This document shows positions 29,813 to 43,592 of a stretch of DNA of 64,000 nucleotides, piece after piece; within the stretch, counting starts at the first letter, position 1; each line of letters opens with the position of its first letter. The notes beneath the pieces are model-generated. The model was not told the origin of the DNA, searched no databases, and was given only the letters and a program-made list of their open reading frames with translations. Location: positions 1 through 64,000 of the forward strand of contig JAWARQ010000002.1 of assembly GCA_038893355.1 (NCBI GenBank). Direction: 5' to 3'. Both the position numbers and the translations under genes were made by a program. This DNA is from Sulfolobaceae archaeon. GTDB lineage: Archaea; Thermoproteota; Thermoprotei_A; Sulfolobales; Sulfolobaceae.

Positions 29813-30292
29813 ACTTTATCCCCTTCTCTTCATCAATAATAGCCTTAACCTTCCTTACGGGCTTTTCTACTAAGGGCGGCTGCGAGAAATCCTTATCGAA
29901 TCTATCTGGATTAAATATTAGCTCCTCTTTCTTCGAGAATACAATATCATGAGCCTTAGTTTCCTTCAAAGCATCAACGGGACATACGTCTACACAGAAT
30001 CCACAAAATACACATCTCCCATAATTAATCTGTGGAAACTTCTTACCGCCTTCAGTCACCATTTTCATAGCATCAGCTGGACATATCATAGCACATAGGG
30101 TACAACCAATACAAACGTCTTTATATAACCTTATCATGCCCCTATAACCAGTAGGCAATTCCAACGAAAACTCTGGGTACATTAAGGTGATCCTTTGCGG
30201 CTTTATCATATACTTTATACCAGTAGCAATTGCCTCTAAGTGGTCAGCAAAAAGCTTAAACGGATTTTTCTCCTTCTTGTATTCCTTCTCCT

Positions 30293-30305
<13 letters not shown>
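29796..30305 (-). CDS. nuoI: NADH-quinone oxidoreductase subunit I
   Basis: Two CxxCxxCxxxCP motifs; start corrected to MVEIK. Confidence 0.92.
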
Positions 30306-31338
<1,033 letters not shown>

Positions 31339-31339
<1 letters not shown>

Positions 31340-32559
31340 TACCTATCAGCCTCAGGTGGAAAGTAGTCTAAACTACCATATATAGCTACTAAATCTGCGT
31401 ATCTAGAACCTTTTGCTAATTGCTTAAATACGTAGATTAGCCTATAAGATGGGGTTATCATCCTAACTCTATACGGCTTAGCAGAACCATCACTAACTAC
31501 ATAATACACTAGCTCACCTCTTGATGCTTCTATTCTCGAGATCGCTTCTCCTTTAGGTGGTCTAAATGAGGCATAATAGCCAGGGAATACAATTCTTCTC
31601 TGACCTTCCCACCATTTCTTTAACCTAGTAGGAGGTATTTGTTTAAAAAATCTATCACTAACAATCTGCCCTTCTGGAATCTCTTTAATTATTTGCCTTA
31701 ACATCCTCATGCTTTGTTCAATTTCTTCAAACCTTACTAGTGTTCTAGCATAACCATCTCCTTCCTTATATACCGGAACTTCAAAGTCTAATTTATCATA
31801 AGCAGCATAGGGTTCAATCTTTCTTACATCATAATAAACTCCAGAAGCTCTTAAATTAGGCCCTACAGCGCCCCATTTAATTGCGTCCTCCTTACTCATA
31901 ACTCCCACATTCTCTAACCTAGCTCTTATATTCGGATTCTCTAAAAATATCTTTCTCCAATCCTTCATTTTTCTCTCCATATAGCTTATTGCCTTTAATG
32001 TCATATCCCTTATTGTTGGAGTCAGATCTCTCCTTACTCCGCCTGGTATTATGTAAGAATTTGTAACTCTAGCACCAGTAAGAGCTTGTAGTATCTCTAC
32101 CCAAACCTCTCTATCACCAAATCCCCACATAAATCCTGTAGAATGACCTAAAAATATTGCTAAAATTCCGATTCCATATAAGTGGCTTGCTATTCTATTT
32201 ATTTCTGCAGCAAAGCTCCTGAGATACTGAGCTCTAGGAGGAACATCAACTCCGAGTATCTTTTCTACGGCGAGTATATATCCCAAATTCATATGTATTG
32301 AATCTAAGATAGCTGGCCTTTCGACAAGTGGAATTAGATGAATATAATTCCTATTCTCGCCTAATTTCTCAACAGCTCTATGTACATACCCAACATCTAA
32401 CTCTACATCCTCTATAATATCTCCATTTAATTTTACAAATATCCTCATATGGCCAGATCCGGGATGTTGAGGACCTACGTTTAATTCCCCAGTTACTGGA
32501 ATAAACTCAACTTGCATACCTAATCTTTCTAGAGCTTCATTCAGATTCTCTGTCAACAA
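31339..32559 (-). CDS. nuoD: NADH-quinone oxidoreductase subunit D
   Basis: [16 protein letters not shown]; no Ni-binding CxxC motifs. Confidence 0.93.
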
Positions 32560-33040
32560 ACAACCCCTCCAACTTTATTTTATAACTCTTTCTCAAAGGA
32601 TATACACCTTCAAAATCTTCTGGTAAAAATAATCTACTTAAATTAGGATGTCCTTGAAATATGACGCCTAACATCTCATATGTTTCTCTTTCTCCAGTCC
32701 ATGCACTTTCCCACACAGAGTATAAAGAGGTAATTGTAGGATCTTTATAAGTTACATAAGTTCTTAAGGCTAAGATTACTTTTGCTAGCTCTATGTTTGA
32801 ATAAGAGGATATATGATAGACTACCTCTATCCTTTCTTGATCTGGATAATCAGTTCCAGTAACTGACTTAACGTGATCAAATCCTATCTCTTTTAAGACC
32901 TTTGCCACGCTTAAGATTTCCCCTTTATCAACTTCTATGCTTAGTCTATTCTCTGAATCTACCTTAATTTTCAAATTAGGAAGTTTAGATTTAATCAATT
33001 CAGCGACCTTATCTGCAATTTTTTGTTGGACTAGACTCAT
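32537..33040 (-). CDS. nuoC: NADH-quinone oxidoreductase subunit C
   Basis: [19 protein letters not shown]; start at ATG after GAGGAGGT. Confidence 0.92.
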   Translation of the reverse strand: MSLVQQKIADKVAELIKSKLPNLKIKVDSENRLSIEVDKGEILSVAKVLKEIGFDHVKSVTGTDYPDQERIEVVYHISSYSNIELAKVILALRTYVTYKDPTITSLYSVWESAWTGERETYEMLGVIFQGHPNLSRLFLPEDFEGVYPLRKSYKIKLEGLFVDRESE

Positions 33041-33429
33041 TACCTCCTCAACTCCCAAAGTTCTATCTTATCTGATTCCCTTATTCCAAAATAGATTACT
33101 GGATAAAGGAATAATAGAAAGCTACCTATTATTAATGCTAGATTTCTAAATAGTACATTACTCGCATAATAAGGAGCTTGCGCAGCTATAAGTAAAATTA
33201 CTATTATTGGTTCTAAACTCATATAAACTAATACATAACCATAATATTGTAACGGAAACCATAGTCTGCCTTCTCCGGTTGGAATGTTACCAGCTTCAAA
33301 CCTACTAACTTTAACTGGATTATACCTTGAAGGTGTAACTAACTGCAGGAATTTATATAGGGCATACCCTAACCCTAGAAATATTAAAATAGGTAATCCA
33401 AATGCTAATAATGCATTTATAATACTCAT
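33040..33429 (-). CDS. nuoA: NADH-quinone oxidoreductase subunit A
   Basis: RFEAGN loop, three TM segments. Confidence 0.88.
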   Translation of the reverse strand: MSIINALLAFGLPILIFLGLGYALYKFLQLVTPSRYNPVKVSRFEAGNIPTGEGRLWFPLQYYGYVLVYMSLEPIIVILLIAAQAPYYASNVLFRNLALIIGSFLLFLYPVIYFGIRESDKIELWELRR

Positions 33430-33511
33430 CTAGAATACTTCTTCTTGACGACTTAAATAACCTTTCATCAATACTATTTAACGTTTAAAATAAACTTGTA
33501 AAATTGTGTTT

Positions 33512-34282
33512 TTACATATCAAGTATTTTTAATACTTGTCTAGAATTATTTATACATTTAACTATTCCCTCCTTGGAAACGCCTTCGATACATCTTTGTG
33601 AAATCCACTCCTTCTTATCTATTTCATCTAAAGTTATTGGATCTTCCCTTATGAAGTTTTCATGAACTATGCAATTAGGCCCAGCATACCTAAATAGCCT
33701 AGGATGAACTTTCTTAACTTCCTCTAGCATCTTCCATGCAACTAACCTTATCTCCCATTGTGCCCTTGAGCATAACCTTAATGCAAAGAAGTTGTATAAT
33801 TCTCTAGCATTCATTGTAACTACTATATTCGTGTTAACGCCATTAGGTAAGACATATCTAGCATCCTCCTCCGGCACACCGCTTTCTAAAAGCTTATAAT
33901 ATTTTTCATAAGCGTCCCTATAAGCTTCTTCTACAATCTCCTTAGCCCTCTTTCCTGCAGATGGTGGGATTATTGGTTTATAATATTCATCTATGGGCTT
34001 GGCAAACCTATGACTCATTTGAGTATAAGATGCTATCCTATGTCTAACTAATTGGTGTGAAGCTACTCTACTCAGACCCTCTATCGAGAAAGTATACACG
34101 GAATGCTCTAACACACTCCAATAACCGTGAAGTATAGCATCCCTAATCCAAACCTCTATCTCCTGCTCACTCATGTCCTTTTCATGATATTCCCAACCCT
34201 TCCTTGACCTACTCATTTTCGCAGCTATAGCTACAACTCTTTCACCATCTTTAGTAAAAGATACTAGTCTAACACTAATCAT
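33512..34282 (-). CDS. thyX: Flavin-dependent thymidylate synthase
   Basis: [27 protein letters not shown]. Confidence 0.95.
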   Translation of the reverse strand: MISVRLVSFTKDGERVVAIAAKMSRSRKGWEYHEKDMSEQEIEVWIRDAILHGYWSVLEHSVYTFSIEGLSRVASHQLVRHRIASYTQMSHRFAKPIDEYYKPIIPPSAGKRAKEIVEEAYRDAYEKYYKLLESGVPEEDARYVLPNGVNTNIVVTMNARELYNFFALRLCSRAQWEIRLVAWKMLEEVKKVHPRLFRYAGPNCIVHENFIREDPITLDEIDKKEWISQRCIEGVSKEGIVKCINNSRQVLKILDM

Positions 34283-34361
34283 TTATTTAACTCTTTGTGC
34301 AAAAACAAAAAAACACTTTTTACTAAATATTACTCTAATACTAATACACTAATTATTACTC

Positions 34362-34700
34362 TTAAAAACCTGCTAGTTTCTCCACTAATCGCGTTAAGAT
34401 TGCTGAATTCTTTTCTGCATCTTTTTCAGCCTGATCTAGTGTCTTCTTAACTTCTTCATCCTTAACTTGACTTAACTTCTGCTTATACTTTACAATCATT
34501 TTTAATTCCTCCTCAAGCATATCTATTACCGCCTCTAATGTCTGTTTGTCTTTAACCTTATCAGAAGCTAACGCCTTATTTTTAAAGCAGTTAAAGTGCA
34601 CAACTTCTTTATTTATTGTATACGTAAAGAGTTCATCCCAATATATTGTGTTTTTACAAATCGCACAACTCCATCTTGTAGCAGCTCTACTCGAGCTCAT
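34362..34700 (-). CDS. Conserved crenarchaeal Zn-finger/coiled-coil protein (DUF2175-like)
   Basis: WSCAIC..VHFNC followed by a helical C-terminus. Confidence 0.7.
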   Translation of the reverse strand: MSSSRAATRWSCAICKNTIYWDELFTYTINKEVVHFNCFKNKALASDKVKDKQTLEAVIDMLEEELKMIVKYKQKLSQVKDEEVKKTLDQAEKDAEKNSAILTRLVEKLAGF

Positions 34701-34748
34701 AACAATAAAGATAAATATTGTAGAAAAAAAGATTACGGTGTCATAAAA

Positions 34749-35903
34749 ATGCTTACAGAAAAACTGCTTTCGGATTCGAAATTCTACAATAAACCAATAA
34801 GTATCTTCTTTACATCTAGAAATTGTAGTATATGCGATAAACTCTATAACGAGATAACAAGTAAGTATATTTCTTCTAAATATTACTGGTTAAGGATAGA
34901 CAGTGAAGAATATTTACATTACTTCATTAGACTAACTAGAGGAGTAATACCATCAGTAGTAGTAATGAATGGAGATCTTAGAATTTTAGGTATAATAGAA
35001 TCTAATAACAGTGATTTTATTGAAAATGCATTAAAAAATATTTATGAAAATTTAGAAAATAAAAAACTTATAGCTTCTAACGTACCACACTTCGTACCAG
35101 AGCCGCAAGAATTTGACCCGTTTATCGTCCATGAAGTAGTTCTTAGAATTATTAATGGTGAAGTGGTAGACCATAGGGCACTAGAAGTAATAGAATTCTA
35201 TAAAAGAAATTATACTGAATTCTCAAATATTCAGAAATTTATTACTAATTATGATGTTATTACAAAATCTATCTTATATAAAGAAAAAATAGAAATAAAT
35301 AATTCTTATACTGCAGGAGTTCTCGTTGAAAATGGGATTGAAGATCCCAAGGTACTTCTTGAATATATTAATGAAGACGGTAGTGTGTATAGGAGTAAGA
35401 GGAAGGAAGTTAGCGGACTTTTAATAGATGAGAGTATTGCTGGTAATGCTCTTTTAAAGGCATATGAATTATACGGTGAGAAAGAATATTTAGAATATGC
35501 TAAAAAAATATATGAATATATAATAAAAAATAATGTACATGAAAAAGGATTTCTCGACGTACCTAAAAGAGACCCATTAAGTAATATCGAGTTCTTAGAA
35601 CCTTTAGCAAATGCAGAAGCTGGAATATTCTTCTCGAGGTACTATTTACTTACAAAAGATGAAAAAGCTAGAGAATACTCTGAAAAGGCTATTAGATGTG
35701 CATATGGCGGTTCTAAAAATACAAGAGTTTTAACTCGAGTAATTATTGCATACCTTAAATTAAAACATTCAATATTAACCAAAAATATGAAGATAACCGA
35801 TCCACGAATTGAATACTTGGAAAATCCATGTAAAGATGAGGAATTCTATTACAATAATAATTGCTATAAGTCAATAGACGAAATTACTATAGAACTACTC
35901 TAA
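34749..35903 (+). CDS. Thioredoxin-domain protein with helical C-terminal domain (YyaL/DUF255-like)
   Basis: CSIC motif near the N-terminus; start moved to ATG 34749 to avoid overlap. Confidence 0.65.
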   Translation: MLTEKLLSDSKFYNKPISIFFTSRNCSICDKLYNEITSKYISSKYYWLRIDSEEYLHYFIRLTRGVIPSVVVMNGDLRILGIIESNNSDFIENALKNIYENLENKKLIASNVPHFVPEPQEFDPFIVHEVVLRIINGEVVDHRALEVIEFYKRNYTEFSNIQKFITNYDVITKSILYKEKIEINNSYTAGVLVENGIEDPKVLLEYINEDGSVYRSKRKEVSGLLIDESIAGNALLKAYELYGEKEYLEYAKKIYEYIIKNNVHEKGFLDVPKRDPLSNIEFLEPLANAEAGIFFSRYYLLTKDEKAREYSEKAIRCAYGGSKNTRVLTRVIIAYLKLKHSILTKNMKITDPRIEYLENPCKDEEFYYNNNCYKSIDEITIELL

Positions 35904-36599
35904 TCTTTTAAAAGTTCTAACGACGTACTTATTAATGTCCCTTGCAGTAGCTCCCTCACATATTGCCCTAAATACTTTATACTTATCTATAAATTCAAGC
36001 CTTTCTACTGCCTCAAATCCATGAGATTTTAGAGTTTTCGGCGCATACACACTTGATATTCCAACGAGTAATAAATGATCCGTCGAAGTATTATTTACTA
36101 TGTAGTCAATTGTAGAGTTAATTAGTGCAGAACCAAAAATTGCAGCTACATCACAACGCTCAGAAGTAAATGAATTAAAAGGTTTAACTTGGATTTTTCC
36201 CCTTTGAAGATACTGTGGATTATAAAAATCATAAATTATTATTGAAGAGAAATTTTGGACATTAACATTTGGGGAGAATCCAAATACGCATAACTTATTC
36301 CCTGAATATTGAGTAAGAATATCGCCTCTTTCGAATCTTTCAGATAACTTTATTGCATTAAGTATTGCCAAAGCGATACTCCTTGATAACGGTGTCTCAA
36401 TGTCTTTAACCACCTCATAAGGATTTGTAGAAATTATTTCACCACAATATTTTGAAGATCCTTCTGGAATTGTATGGGATACTCCTAAAGATCCATCATC
36501 TAACATTACTGCAGTATATGCAATACCAACACACATGTTTACTACACGCCTTTGCTTAAGTATGAAGGAAAGCTCCTCAATTATTTCATTTAAAATCAT
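35895..36599 (-). CDS. DUF364-like Rossmann protein
   Basis: CVGIAYTAV.LDDGSLG, GSALINSTID. Confidence 0.7.
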   Translation of the reverse strand: MILNEIIEELSFILKQRRVVNMCVGIAYTAVMLDDGSLGVSHTIPEGSSKYCGEIISTNPYEVVKDIETPLSRSIALAILNAIKLSERFERGDILTQYSGNKLCVFGFSPNVNVQNFSSIIIYDFYNPQYLQRGKIQVKPFNSFTSERCDVAAIFGSALINSTIDYIVNNTSTDHLLLVGISSVYAPKTLKSHGFEAVERLEFIDKYKVFRAICEGATARDINKYVVRTFKRLE

Positions 36600-37681
36600 A
36601 ATACTATCTTACCTCTTTCTATAATTGAAGAATGAACTTCTTTATAGGGTAAAATCATAACGTTTTCGGCTATAACTACACCGTCTCCCGTATAAACTTC
36701 CTCACCCAAGATACTTCCTTCTAGAATATGATTCCATCTTCCTATCTTACATTTGTCTGCTATAATTGAGCCATTAATATATGAGTAATTAGATATTTCA
36801 ACATTATCCATAATTACACTATTCGTAATATTTACACCTTTATTTACTTTTGAGTTGGAGCCTATTATTGATTTTCTTATTCTTGTATCCTCAGAAACTT
36901 TTGCATTACTCGCTATATAATATGGTTCTTCTAGACTTACACTTTCAGAAACATTAGCACTAGGATGAATAAACCCCTTTGGGTATTTTAACTCAAGAAG
37001 AATTTGGTTAATTAACATATAATCTGATGGAAGACCGATGTCCGCCCAAATACCCTTATACTCGTAAACTATAATTTCATAATTCTCTCTAAGGAGGGTA
37101 GGAAGAAAGTCTTTACTTATTGAAGACGGGAATTTTATATATTTAAATAATTCCTTTTTAAATATATAAATTCCTGCATTTATTAGATTACTTTCTGCAC
37201 TCTCTGGTTTTTCTATTAATTTTATTAATTTTCCATCTTTCTGATAAATTACACCATATCTTCTTACATCCTTTACGGTAGTTGAAACTATAAGGGTGTG
37301 AGCATTTTTACTAAAATAAAATTTTATTAAATCATTAAAATTAACCTCAGAATATATATCTCCATATACTACCAGAACATCATCACTCAAAGGATATCTT
37401 TCACTTATAAATCGCAAAGGTCCAGCGTCACCTAAAGGTGTATCTTCTACTACAAACTGGATCTTACTACTTACATTCCTATATCTCTCTATTATCCTGT
37501 CAGCCATAACCCTTAATGCAAGATAAATTCGATCAACCTCTGCATCTAAATCTAATAGACTTTCTATCACATAATCAAGCACAGGCTTGCCTAAAATCGG
37601 TAATAATGCCTTTGGCTTAGTTAAACTTAATGGTCGAAGGCGAGTAGCATATCCACCAGCTAATACTATTGCAGAAACCAT
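36596..37681 (-). CDS. NDP-sugar pyrophosphorylase (mannose-1-phosphate guanylyltransferase-like)
   Basis: LAGGYATRLRPL..PK; C-terminal beta-helix repeats. Confidence 0.9.
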   Translation of the reverse strand: MVSAIVLAGGYATRLRPLSLTKPKALLPILGKPVLDYVIESLLDLDAEVDRIYLALRVMADRIIERYRNVSSKIQFVVEDTPLGDAGPLRFISERYPLSDDVLVVYGDIYSEVNFNDLIKFYFSKNAHTLIVSTTVKDVRRYGVIYQKDGKLIKLIEKPESAESNLINAGIYIFKKELFKYIKFPSSISKDFLPTLLRENYEIIVYEYKGIWADIGLPSDYMLINQILLELKYPKGFIHPSANVSESVSLEEPYYIASNAKVSEDTRIRKSIIGSNSKVNKGVNITNSVIMDNVEISNYSYINGSIIADKCKIGRWNHILEGSILGEEVYTGDGVVIAENVMILPYKEVHSSIIERGKIVL

Positions 37682-37696
37682 ACAATAAATAAAAAA

Positions 37697-38338
37697 TTAT
37701 TTACTTAAATATTTCTGTAACTTCTTTTCTGCATACTCCCAATTAACTACATTCCACCACGCATTAAGATAGTCTCCCCTCTTATTCTTATATTGTAGAT
37801 AATATGCATGCTCAAATTCATCAACTATCAATATAATTGGAAGCTCAGCAATATGATTTAGGAAATGGTTTTCAATCGTCATGATTTCTAAACCGTTATT
37901 CTCAGGATCATATAGTAGTGCAGTCCATCCACTTCCTGGCAGGGAAGTAGCAGCTTCTGTGAAAATCTGCTTAAATCTTTCAAAACTTCCATAATGTTTG
38001 TTTATTAAGTCTGCTAATGCACCACCTGGCTTTCCTCCACCTTTACCTGGAGGAGCCATATTTTCCCAGTATATGGCATGAAGTTTATGACCATTTATGT
38101 TAAAAGTTAGACCTCTTAGTATACCTTGAATATCATAATTACCTTGTGCTAAATCACCTTTTATTACCTTTTCTAAACGTTCTAATAATGAATTGGATGC
38201 ATTAACATATCCTCTGTGGTGGCCATTATAATGTACGTCCATTATTTCTCTACTTATATAAGGCTCTAATGCATCTAACTTATATGGAAGGGGCGGTAAT
38301 TCATACCTCTTGAACTGAACTTGTAGACTCATATGCAT
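37697..38338 (-). CDS. sod: Fe/Mn superoxide dismutase
   Basis: [24 protein letters not shown]. Confidence 0.96.
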   Translation of the reverse strand: MHMSLQVQFKRYELPPLPYKLDALEPYISREIMDVHYNGHHRGYVNASNSLLERLEKVIKGDLAQGNYDIQGILRGLTFNINGHKLHAIYWENMAPPGKGGGKPGGALADLINKHYGSFERFKQIFTEAATSLPGSGWTALLYDPENNGLEIMTIENHFLNHIAELPIILIVDEFEHAYYLQYKNKRGDYLNAWWNVVNWEYAEKKLQKYLSK

Positions 38339-38503
38339 TGATATAAAAAATCCAAATTAAAAATCCTATTTATTAATCGCTATGATGATATTTGATGTTT
38401 TATTAAAAATTTATAATTTAATAATAATTATATCAAAAAGATTATTGTTTCAAGGTGAAGAACATAATGGAAACTTTTTATCTATTAAACTAGATTATTC
38501 TAT

Positions 38504-40309
38504 ATGAAAATGAAATTCTTATTAGGTTTCAATACACTTGATATTATACAAAGAATAATAATTGCTATCCTTTCATGGTTTGTTATAGCATTTATAAATA
38601 ACTTTATACCACAATTATCTAATTATATAATAATTTTACAAATAATTTCAGCTATTTCAGCATTCTTTTTCCCGTTTATAGTTAGCCCACTGCTAATTGT
38701 AACGTATACTTTCCTTAACATCCTTCAAGAATTTATAAAGAATATAACAATATATAATTTTATAATATTTTTATCGTATTTAATATTTTGGATAATAACA
38801 ATGTTTTATGGTTTAATAAAGTATAATGGTCTTAGACATGTTATAACTACTTATTCACTAGTAGCCTCACAATTAGGTTTTAGCTACTTACTATATAGCG
38901 GGTTAGGATTAAAGACAGATTATAAATTAGGAATTTTCGCCTCATTGCCGTTTTTACCAATATTTATATTATCTTACTTACCTAGTATTCCGCCAATTCG
39001 AAATATTATTGGGATAGTATTAATATTCCTGTCCAGTTATCTCTTCTCGATTAAGGGATACTATAGTATTATTGGTATAGTGCCCATTATCATAACTGTC
39101 TACTTAATAAATCAAAATTATCTATTTATTATACCACCTTTAGTAATTAATATAATATTAATAACCACAGACTTAATAAGCGATCTTAATGCTAAGAAGA
39201 GGAGTATAAATGAACAAAAAATCCATAATGAGAGAATAATAAACATGTTAATGGAAAATATGATGTTATTAGAAAGAGAATTAAAATTAATTTCGGATTT
39301 TAATTTAAAAGAATATCAAAATAAACTTTTAGAGCTCTTAAAACAGAATGCAACCTCAAATAAACTAGAAGAGCTTAAAGATATAGAATTTGAAATAAAT
39401 TCAATAAAGACTGAAATAAATTCAGTAATAAATAACTTTATCTTTGATTTAAATAATCAATATAAGAAAATATTTCTTGAACTACAGAACTTGGGATTTT
39501 CATCACAATTTGAACCGCTCTCAGAAGAAATTAAAATTGAAGACCCATTAACTTTTAAAATATTTTCAAATAATATACAAGTTATAAATACTATCTTTGT
39601 AAGGACAATATCAGAGATAGAGAAGTTTGCCAAAAAAATGGAGATGTTAATTGGAACAGAAATTAGAAAACCCACAATTAATAGGATTTCTGAATTAAAG
39701 GATTATATAGAATATTTAAAGCAACTTTTTTCAAAATCCGAAATTGAAAATTGTATGAATAAAGCCGAATTTATTATTCAAACACTAATTAAGACTAATC
39801 CGAGTTTATCTAAAGAAATTTCATACCTCTTAATACAATACAATACTGAAAGAGTACCAGTAAAGAAATATGAAATCGTATACGAACTATTAGAAAAAGT
39901 TAGAAGATATATAGAAGAGGAGCTAAAGAACGCAGTTATTGATCTTGAAGAGTTGATACATAATTACAAATTGATAAGTTTACAAGAAAACTTAAAACTA
40001 TTACAGCCAGCTATTTCAGAAGGTTTAAAAGGTAGTCATTGTAATGTAATGTCCTCATTAATCTCTTTAATTGATATTATTAACTTTACTCTTGAAGTTA
40101 GAAGGGACAAGGAAAGTATAGTTAATATAATTTCCACTTTATCAAATCTTGATAATATTCTAGAGAATTTAATAAGGGCAGGGAGTTGTATAAATGTGAA
40201 AGAATTTGGACTTTCACAGAAATATGACTGGGTAGTTAAAGATTACTTAAAGTCTAAAGGATACAATTTAACTACAGTAGGTGAAGAAATTTGCCCTTCA
40301 TCATCTTAG
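38504..40309 (+). CDS. Hypothetical protein: multi-TM N-terminus plus long helical/coiled-coil domain
   Basis: 601 aa ORF, hydrophobic first ~225 aa, charged heptad-rich remainder. Confidence 0.7.
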   Translation: MKMKFLLGFNTLDIIQRIIIAILSWFVIAFINNFIPQLSNYIIILQIISAISAFFFPFIVSPLLIVTYTFLNILQEFIKNITIYNFIIFLSYLIFWIITMFYGLIKYNGLRHVITTYSLVASQLGFSYLLYSGLGLKTDYKLGIFASLPFLPIFILSYLPSIPPIRNIIGIVLIFLSSYLFSIKGYYSIIGIVPIIITVYLINQNYLFIIPPLVINIILITTDLISDLNAKKRSINEQKIHNERIINMLMENMMLLERELKLISDFNLKEYQNKLLELLKQNATSNKLEELKDIEFEINSIKTEINSVINNFIFDLNNQYKKIFLELQNLGFSSQFEPLSEEIKIEDPLTFKIFSNNIQVINTIFVRTISEIEKFAKKMEMLIGTEIRKPTINRISELKDYIEYLKQLFSKSEIENCMNKAEFIIQTLIKTNPSLSKEISYLLIQYNTERVPVKKYEIVYELLEKVRRYIEEELKNAVIDLEELIHNYKLISLQENLKLLQPAISEGLKGSHCNVMSSLISLIDIINFTLEVRRDKESIVNIISTLSNLDNILENLIRAGSCINVKEFGLSQKYDWVVKDYLKSKGYNLTTVGEEICPSSS

Positions 40310-40528
40310 TCTACGAATAATTATTTCAGCATGATCCCCTACAACGTCTGCCTTAAATAAGTATCTAGGTGTATTTCTTAATAACTGATGAGTACATATT
40401 ACCCTATCTTGATCAGCTATTACCTTTATTGATTCACCTGCTTTCATATTAACTAAATATCTTGAAAGTTCTAGGATATATTCTTCACATGTTTTTCCTC
40501 TTAAGTCTAATTGCGCAATAACTGCCAT
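40301..40528 (-). CDS. TusA/SirA-like protein
   Basis: [23 protein letters not shown]. Confidence 0.75.
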   Translation of the reverse strand: MAVIAQLDLRGKTCEEYILELSRYLVNMKAGESIKVIADQDRVICTHQLLRNTPRYLFKADVVGDHAEIIIRRLR

Positions 40529-40558
40529 AGTAAAAACTATTGAAATATATTTTAAAAA

Positions 40559-41350
40559 TTATAATGTAAGCATCCTCTTACTTTCTCTTTCTTTAATTTT
40601 GTCTTGCTCTTGAATAACTTTAAACCATAACTCATCATAGTTCTTAAATAAATAATCATAAACTTCTGCTATTCTGGATAACACGTTTACATTTGATAAT
40701 GAATGGATTCTTAACCCGACTCTGCCTACTGCACCACCCCTAATCATTAACCAATGCGCAAAAGTCTCTAATGGATATTTTCTTTTTACCTCTTCAGCAT
40801 CTATCTTACGATTATATAACCAGTACAATTCTCTAACAAAGTTAGTTGCAATTCTTCTTATCATTACATCTTTCCACTTCTCTAGATACTTCTCTCCTTC
40901 TTTAAGCATAATTGTCCTTAAATAATTATATAACTCTTCACTATTGCTAGAGTTTACTAGACCAGTTATGGCCATTATGAATTCCTTCTGAGCAAAAAGT
41001 GCATCAAAATCTCTATTGACATAAATCCATGCAGTAACAGCAAAAGAATTAGTTATACCCTCCATTAGTTTTTCGACTAGTTTCTCTTTATCCAAATTAC
41101 TCTTAACTGGAACGGTATCAAATTCTAATATCCTTTCTAATTCATCATAATCTACTACTCCTGCAAAATATAATTTCCCATCCACAAATATTGATGGTGT
41201 TGATAATACGCCCCTTTCTAATGCTAAAAAAGGGTATAACTCTGTGTCTATCACTTGAACTTTCCCTAGCAAATTTTTTTGTTCTAACCAGTCCAGTAAT
41301 ATATTACAATCTACACAATTCCTATGAATGAATATCTCTACCTTTTTCAT
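40559..41350 (-). CDS. Thioredoxin/glutaredoxin-fold protein with C-terminal extension
   Basis: CVDC, VLSTPSIFVDG. Confidence 0.8.
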   Translation of the reverse strand: MKKVEIFIHRNCVDCNILLDWLEQKNLLGKVQVIDTELYPFLALERGVLSTPSIFVDGKLYFAGVVDYDELERILEFDTVPVKSNLDKEKLVEKLMEGITNSFAVTAWIYVNRDFDALFAQKEFIMAITGLVNSSNSEELYNYLRTIMLKEGEKYLEKWKDVMIRRIATNFVRELYWLYNRKIDAEEVKRKYPLETFAHWLMIRGGAVGRVGLRIHSLSNVNVLSRIAEVYDYLFKNYDELWFKVIQEQDKIKERESKRMLTL

Positions 41351-43002
41351 TATAACCTAATCTTTTTAGAATTAAAACACTTTAACTTTTGCTTCCACCA
41401 GATCCCTTCAAATCTCTTATCTAACAACCATACAGTAACCCTATCATTTATATCCCTTATAGCCCTTCCAATAGCTTGCTTAACACTTATCATGGCTGGT
41501 ATCCTATATAGAGACTCATTAACCTCATACCCTAATCTCTTACTTATTAACTCACTCTTAACCTTCATATAATCATCAGGAGGTGGATAAGGAATACCAA
41601 CTATAACCACATCACTAATTAAATTCTCGTTATTAATTCGAAATTCTACTCCTTCAGAAAGTTTCCCTCTACTGACAATCCCTATTATCATCTTATCATG
41701 GCTATTTGAAATAATTTTTTGGGCCTCCTCTATTGTTGAATTTTCAGATTCAATATATTTGGGAATATTTGTAATAAGAGAAAGTATTTTATTCATTATT
41801 TCATAACTGGGGAAAACAACTAGTATATTTTTCTTTGAATTGTAATATATTTTCAGAATATATGAGGCATAATTTTTCCACATTCTCTCATTCCTTAAAC
41901 TATAGGCCGTCGTAACATCGGTAGCTATTATACATTCATAATTACCTGAAACCTTAGATCTAGTCTCCTTCTCTACATCAATATAGAAAATTTTCCTTTT
42001 TATACCAATTATATTTTCAAGATACTCTTTTGGCGGCAATGTACCAGACATAAGTAGGATTGAAAGTTTTTCATCATTTAAGATTTCTAAATATTTACTT
42101 GAATCTATAACTTTAGATACTAGACCTTCAGAATAAGAGAACAAACTCCTTCCCTCTTCATTTAAAGACTTCAAAAATTTTATTATACTGCCTAAATTTA
42201 ACCTCTTTATCTTTCCCTCCTTTAGCATCTTCTCTTTTAACTCTTCGTACTCAGCATCAAGTATTTCAATCTCTTCTTGTGTAATATTAGTTATCTTATC
42301 TACTAAAATATGCCTTTCTTCCTTATAAACTCTCTTAGAGAACTCTTCTTCCAATTTAGTCAATATCCTTTTAGCCTCTTCAGATGATACTTCTCTTAAA
42401 GCACCTTCAATAGTCCTCTTACTTATTCTTCTCTCGTCTAATTCATTTATAGAATCTAGATTATGTGCTTCGTCTATTACTATTAAGTATTCCTCAAGCT
42501 TAACATCTATCAGACTTCTTAAGTTAGGTAAAAAGAAATACGGATAAGATATTACTACCACATCACTTTCCCTTATATTTTCTAGTAAGGTGTAATATGG
42601 ACAAAAACCCTCTCTATAACCTTGTTCTTTTAACTTAAATATCTCCTCATGAGGTGGATCTTTTATTTCATAATTGTTGAGTACACTTTGATACTCGCAA
42701 GAGCTACATTTTATATCCTCTGGATTAGCGTCAGAAGATGCAAATATGCATGAGATGGGTTTACCCATAACAAATCCAAATTTCTTATCCCTTGCTACTC
42801 TCATGTATTCCCTATATATGGGATAATACTCGTTATGAGTCCTTACTACAAATAATACTTTACCTTTAAGTTCTAAACCTACTAATAATGAGAATAAAGT
42901 TTTCCCACTGCCAGTAGGAGATTGTAAAGCTACTATATACTCTTCTTTTAGTGCATTAATTACTTTATCCTTTAACCTCGCTTGCCAGTCCCTTAACTTC
43001 AA
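41350..43002 (-). CDS. xpd: XPD/Rad3 Fe-S DNA helicase
   Basis: SPTGSGKT, Fe-S Cys (CSSC, CPYY), DEAH, QAIGRAIR. Confidence 0.93.
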   Translation of the reverse strand: MKLRDWQARLKDKVINALKEEYIVALQSPTGSGKTLFSLLVGLELKGKVLFVVRTHNEYYPIYREYMRVARDKKFGFVMGKPISCIFASSDANPEDIKCSSCEYQSVLNNYEIKDPPHEEIFKLKEQGYREGFCPYYTLLENIRESDVVVISYPYFFLPNLRSLIDVKLEEYLIVIDEAHNLDSINELDERRISKRTIEGALREVSSEEAKRILTKLEEEFSKRVYKEERHILVDKITNITQEEIEILDAEYEELKEKMLKEGKIKRLNLGSIIKFLKSLNEEGRSLFSYSEGLVSKVIDSSKYLEILNDEKLSILLMSGTLPPKEYLENIIGIKRKIFYIDVEKETRSKVSGNYECIIATDVTTAYSLRNERMWKNYASYILKIYYNSKKNILVVFPSYEIMNKILSLITNIPKYIESENSTIEEAQKIISNSHDKMIIGIVSRGKLSEGVEFRINNENLISDVVIVGIPYPPPDDYMKVKSELISKRLGYEVNESLYRIPAMISVKQAIGRAIRDINDRVTVWLLDKRFEGIWWKQKLKCFNSKKIRL

Positions 43003-43299
43003 GAACAGTAACTATTAGAAGTATAACGATATAAGCTTTTAAGAAGAAATCAGGATTTTAGACTTATAAGGAGAAGGAAGGAATAGTCTTATAGCATATT
43101 TTTAATTTTATTTAGATATAAAATTAAAATACAAATACAATGAATTTGAAATCGAATCTGGAGTTATTAAAGAAATAAATGATAATACAACTGGGATAAC
43201 CTAAAATCTCATGAAAAAATTATTTGTACTTATACCTCGCCTTACAGTAAAAAATATTTATATTTATTAAAATAATATATAACATAGGGTCTAATAATT

Positions 43300-43584
43300 A
43301 TGTCAAACTTAGAGGTAATAGTTGAAGATAAGTTGGACTTTAGAATGAAAGAACTTATGGATATTTATCCAAACATACAAGTCACAGCAATTTTAGTAGT
43401 CAATGGGACAATATCTGAAGATTTATTAAATTTAATAAATTCAAAAAATATAGAAATAATTAGATCATATCCATTTATGAGGACAATAAAAGTTAAGGGA
43501 AAGGTAAAAGATATCGCAACAATTACCTCACTAGATAGGATTAAATACATAATGTTAGACGAAATTTTAAGCAAATCGATTTAG
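43300..43584 (+). CDS. Small hypothetical protein, possibly subtilisin-propeptide (I9)-like
   Basis: 94 aa, ends IKYIMLDE; TATA-like sequence upstream. Confidence 0.55.
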   Translation: MSNLEVIVEDKLDFRMKELMDIYPNIQVTAILVVNGTISEDLLNLINSKNIEIIRSYPFMRTIKVKGKVKDIATITSLDRIKYIMLDEILSKSI

Positions 43585-43592
43585 AAGAGTTT

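Noticed and set aside
40255-40310. Minus-strand ATGATGA at the TusA-like stop codon as a C box
   Set aside because: No CTGA D' or D boxes at suitable spacing downstream
43020-43260. Coding-like purine-rich text upstream of xpd
   Set aside because: Frames are interrupted and no family is recognisable
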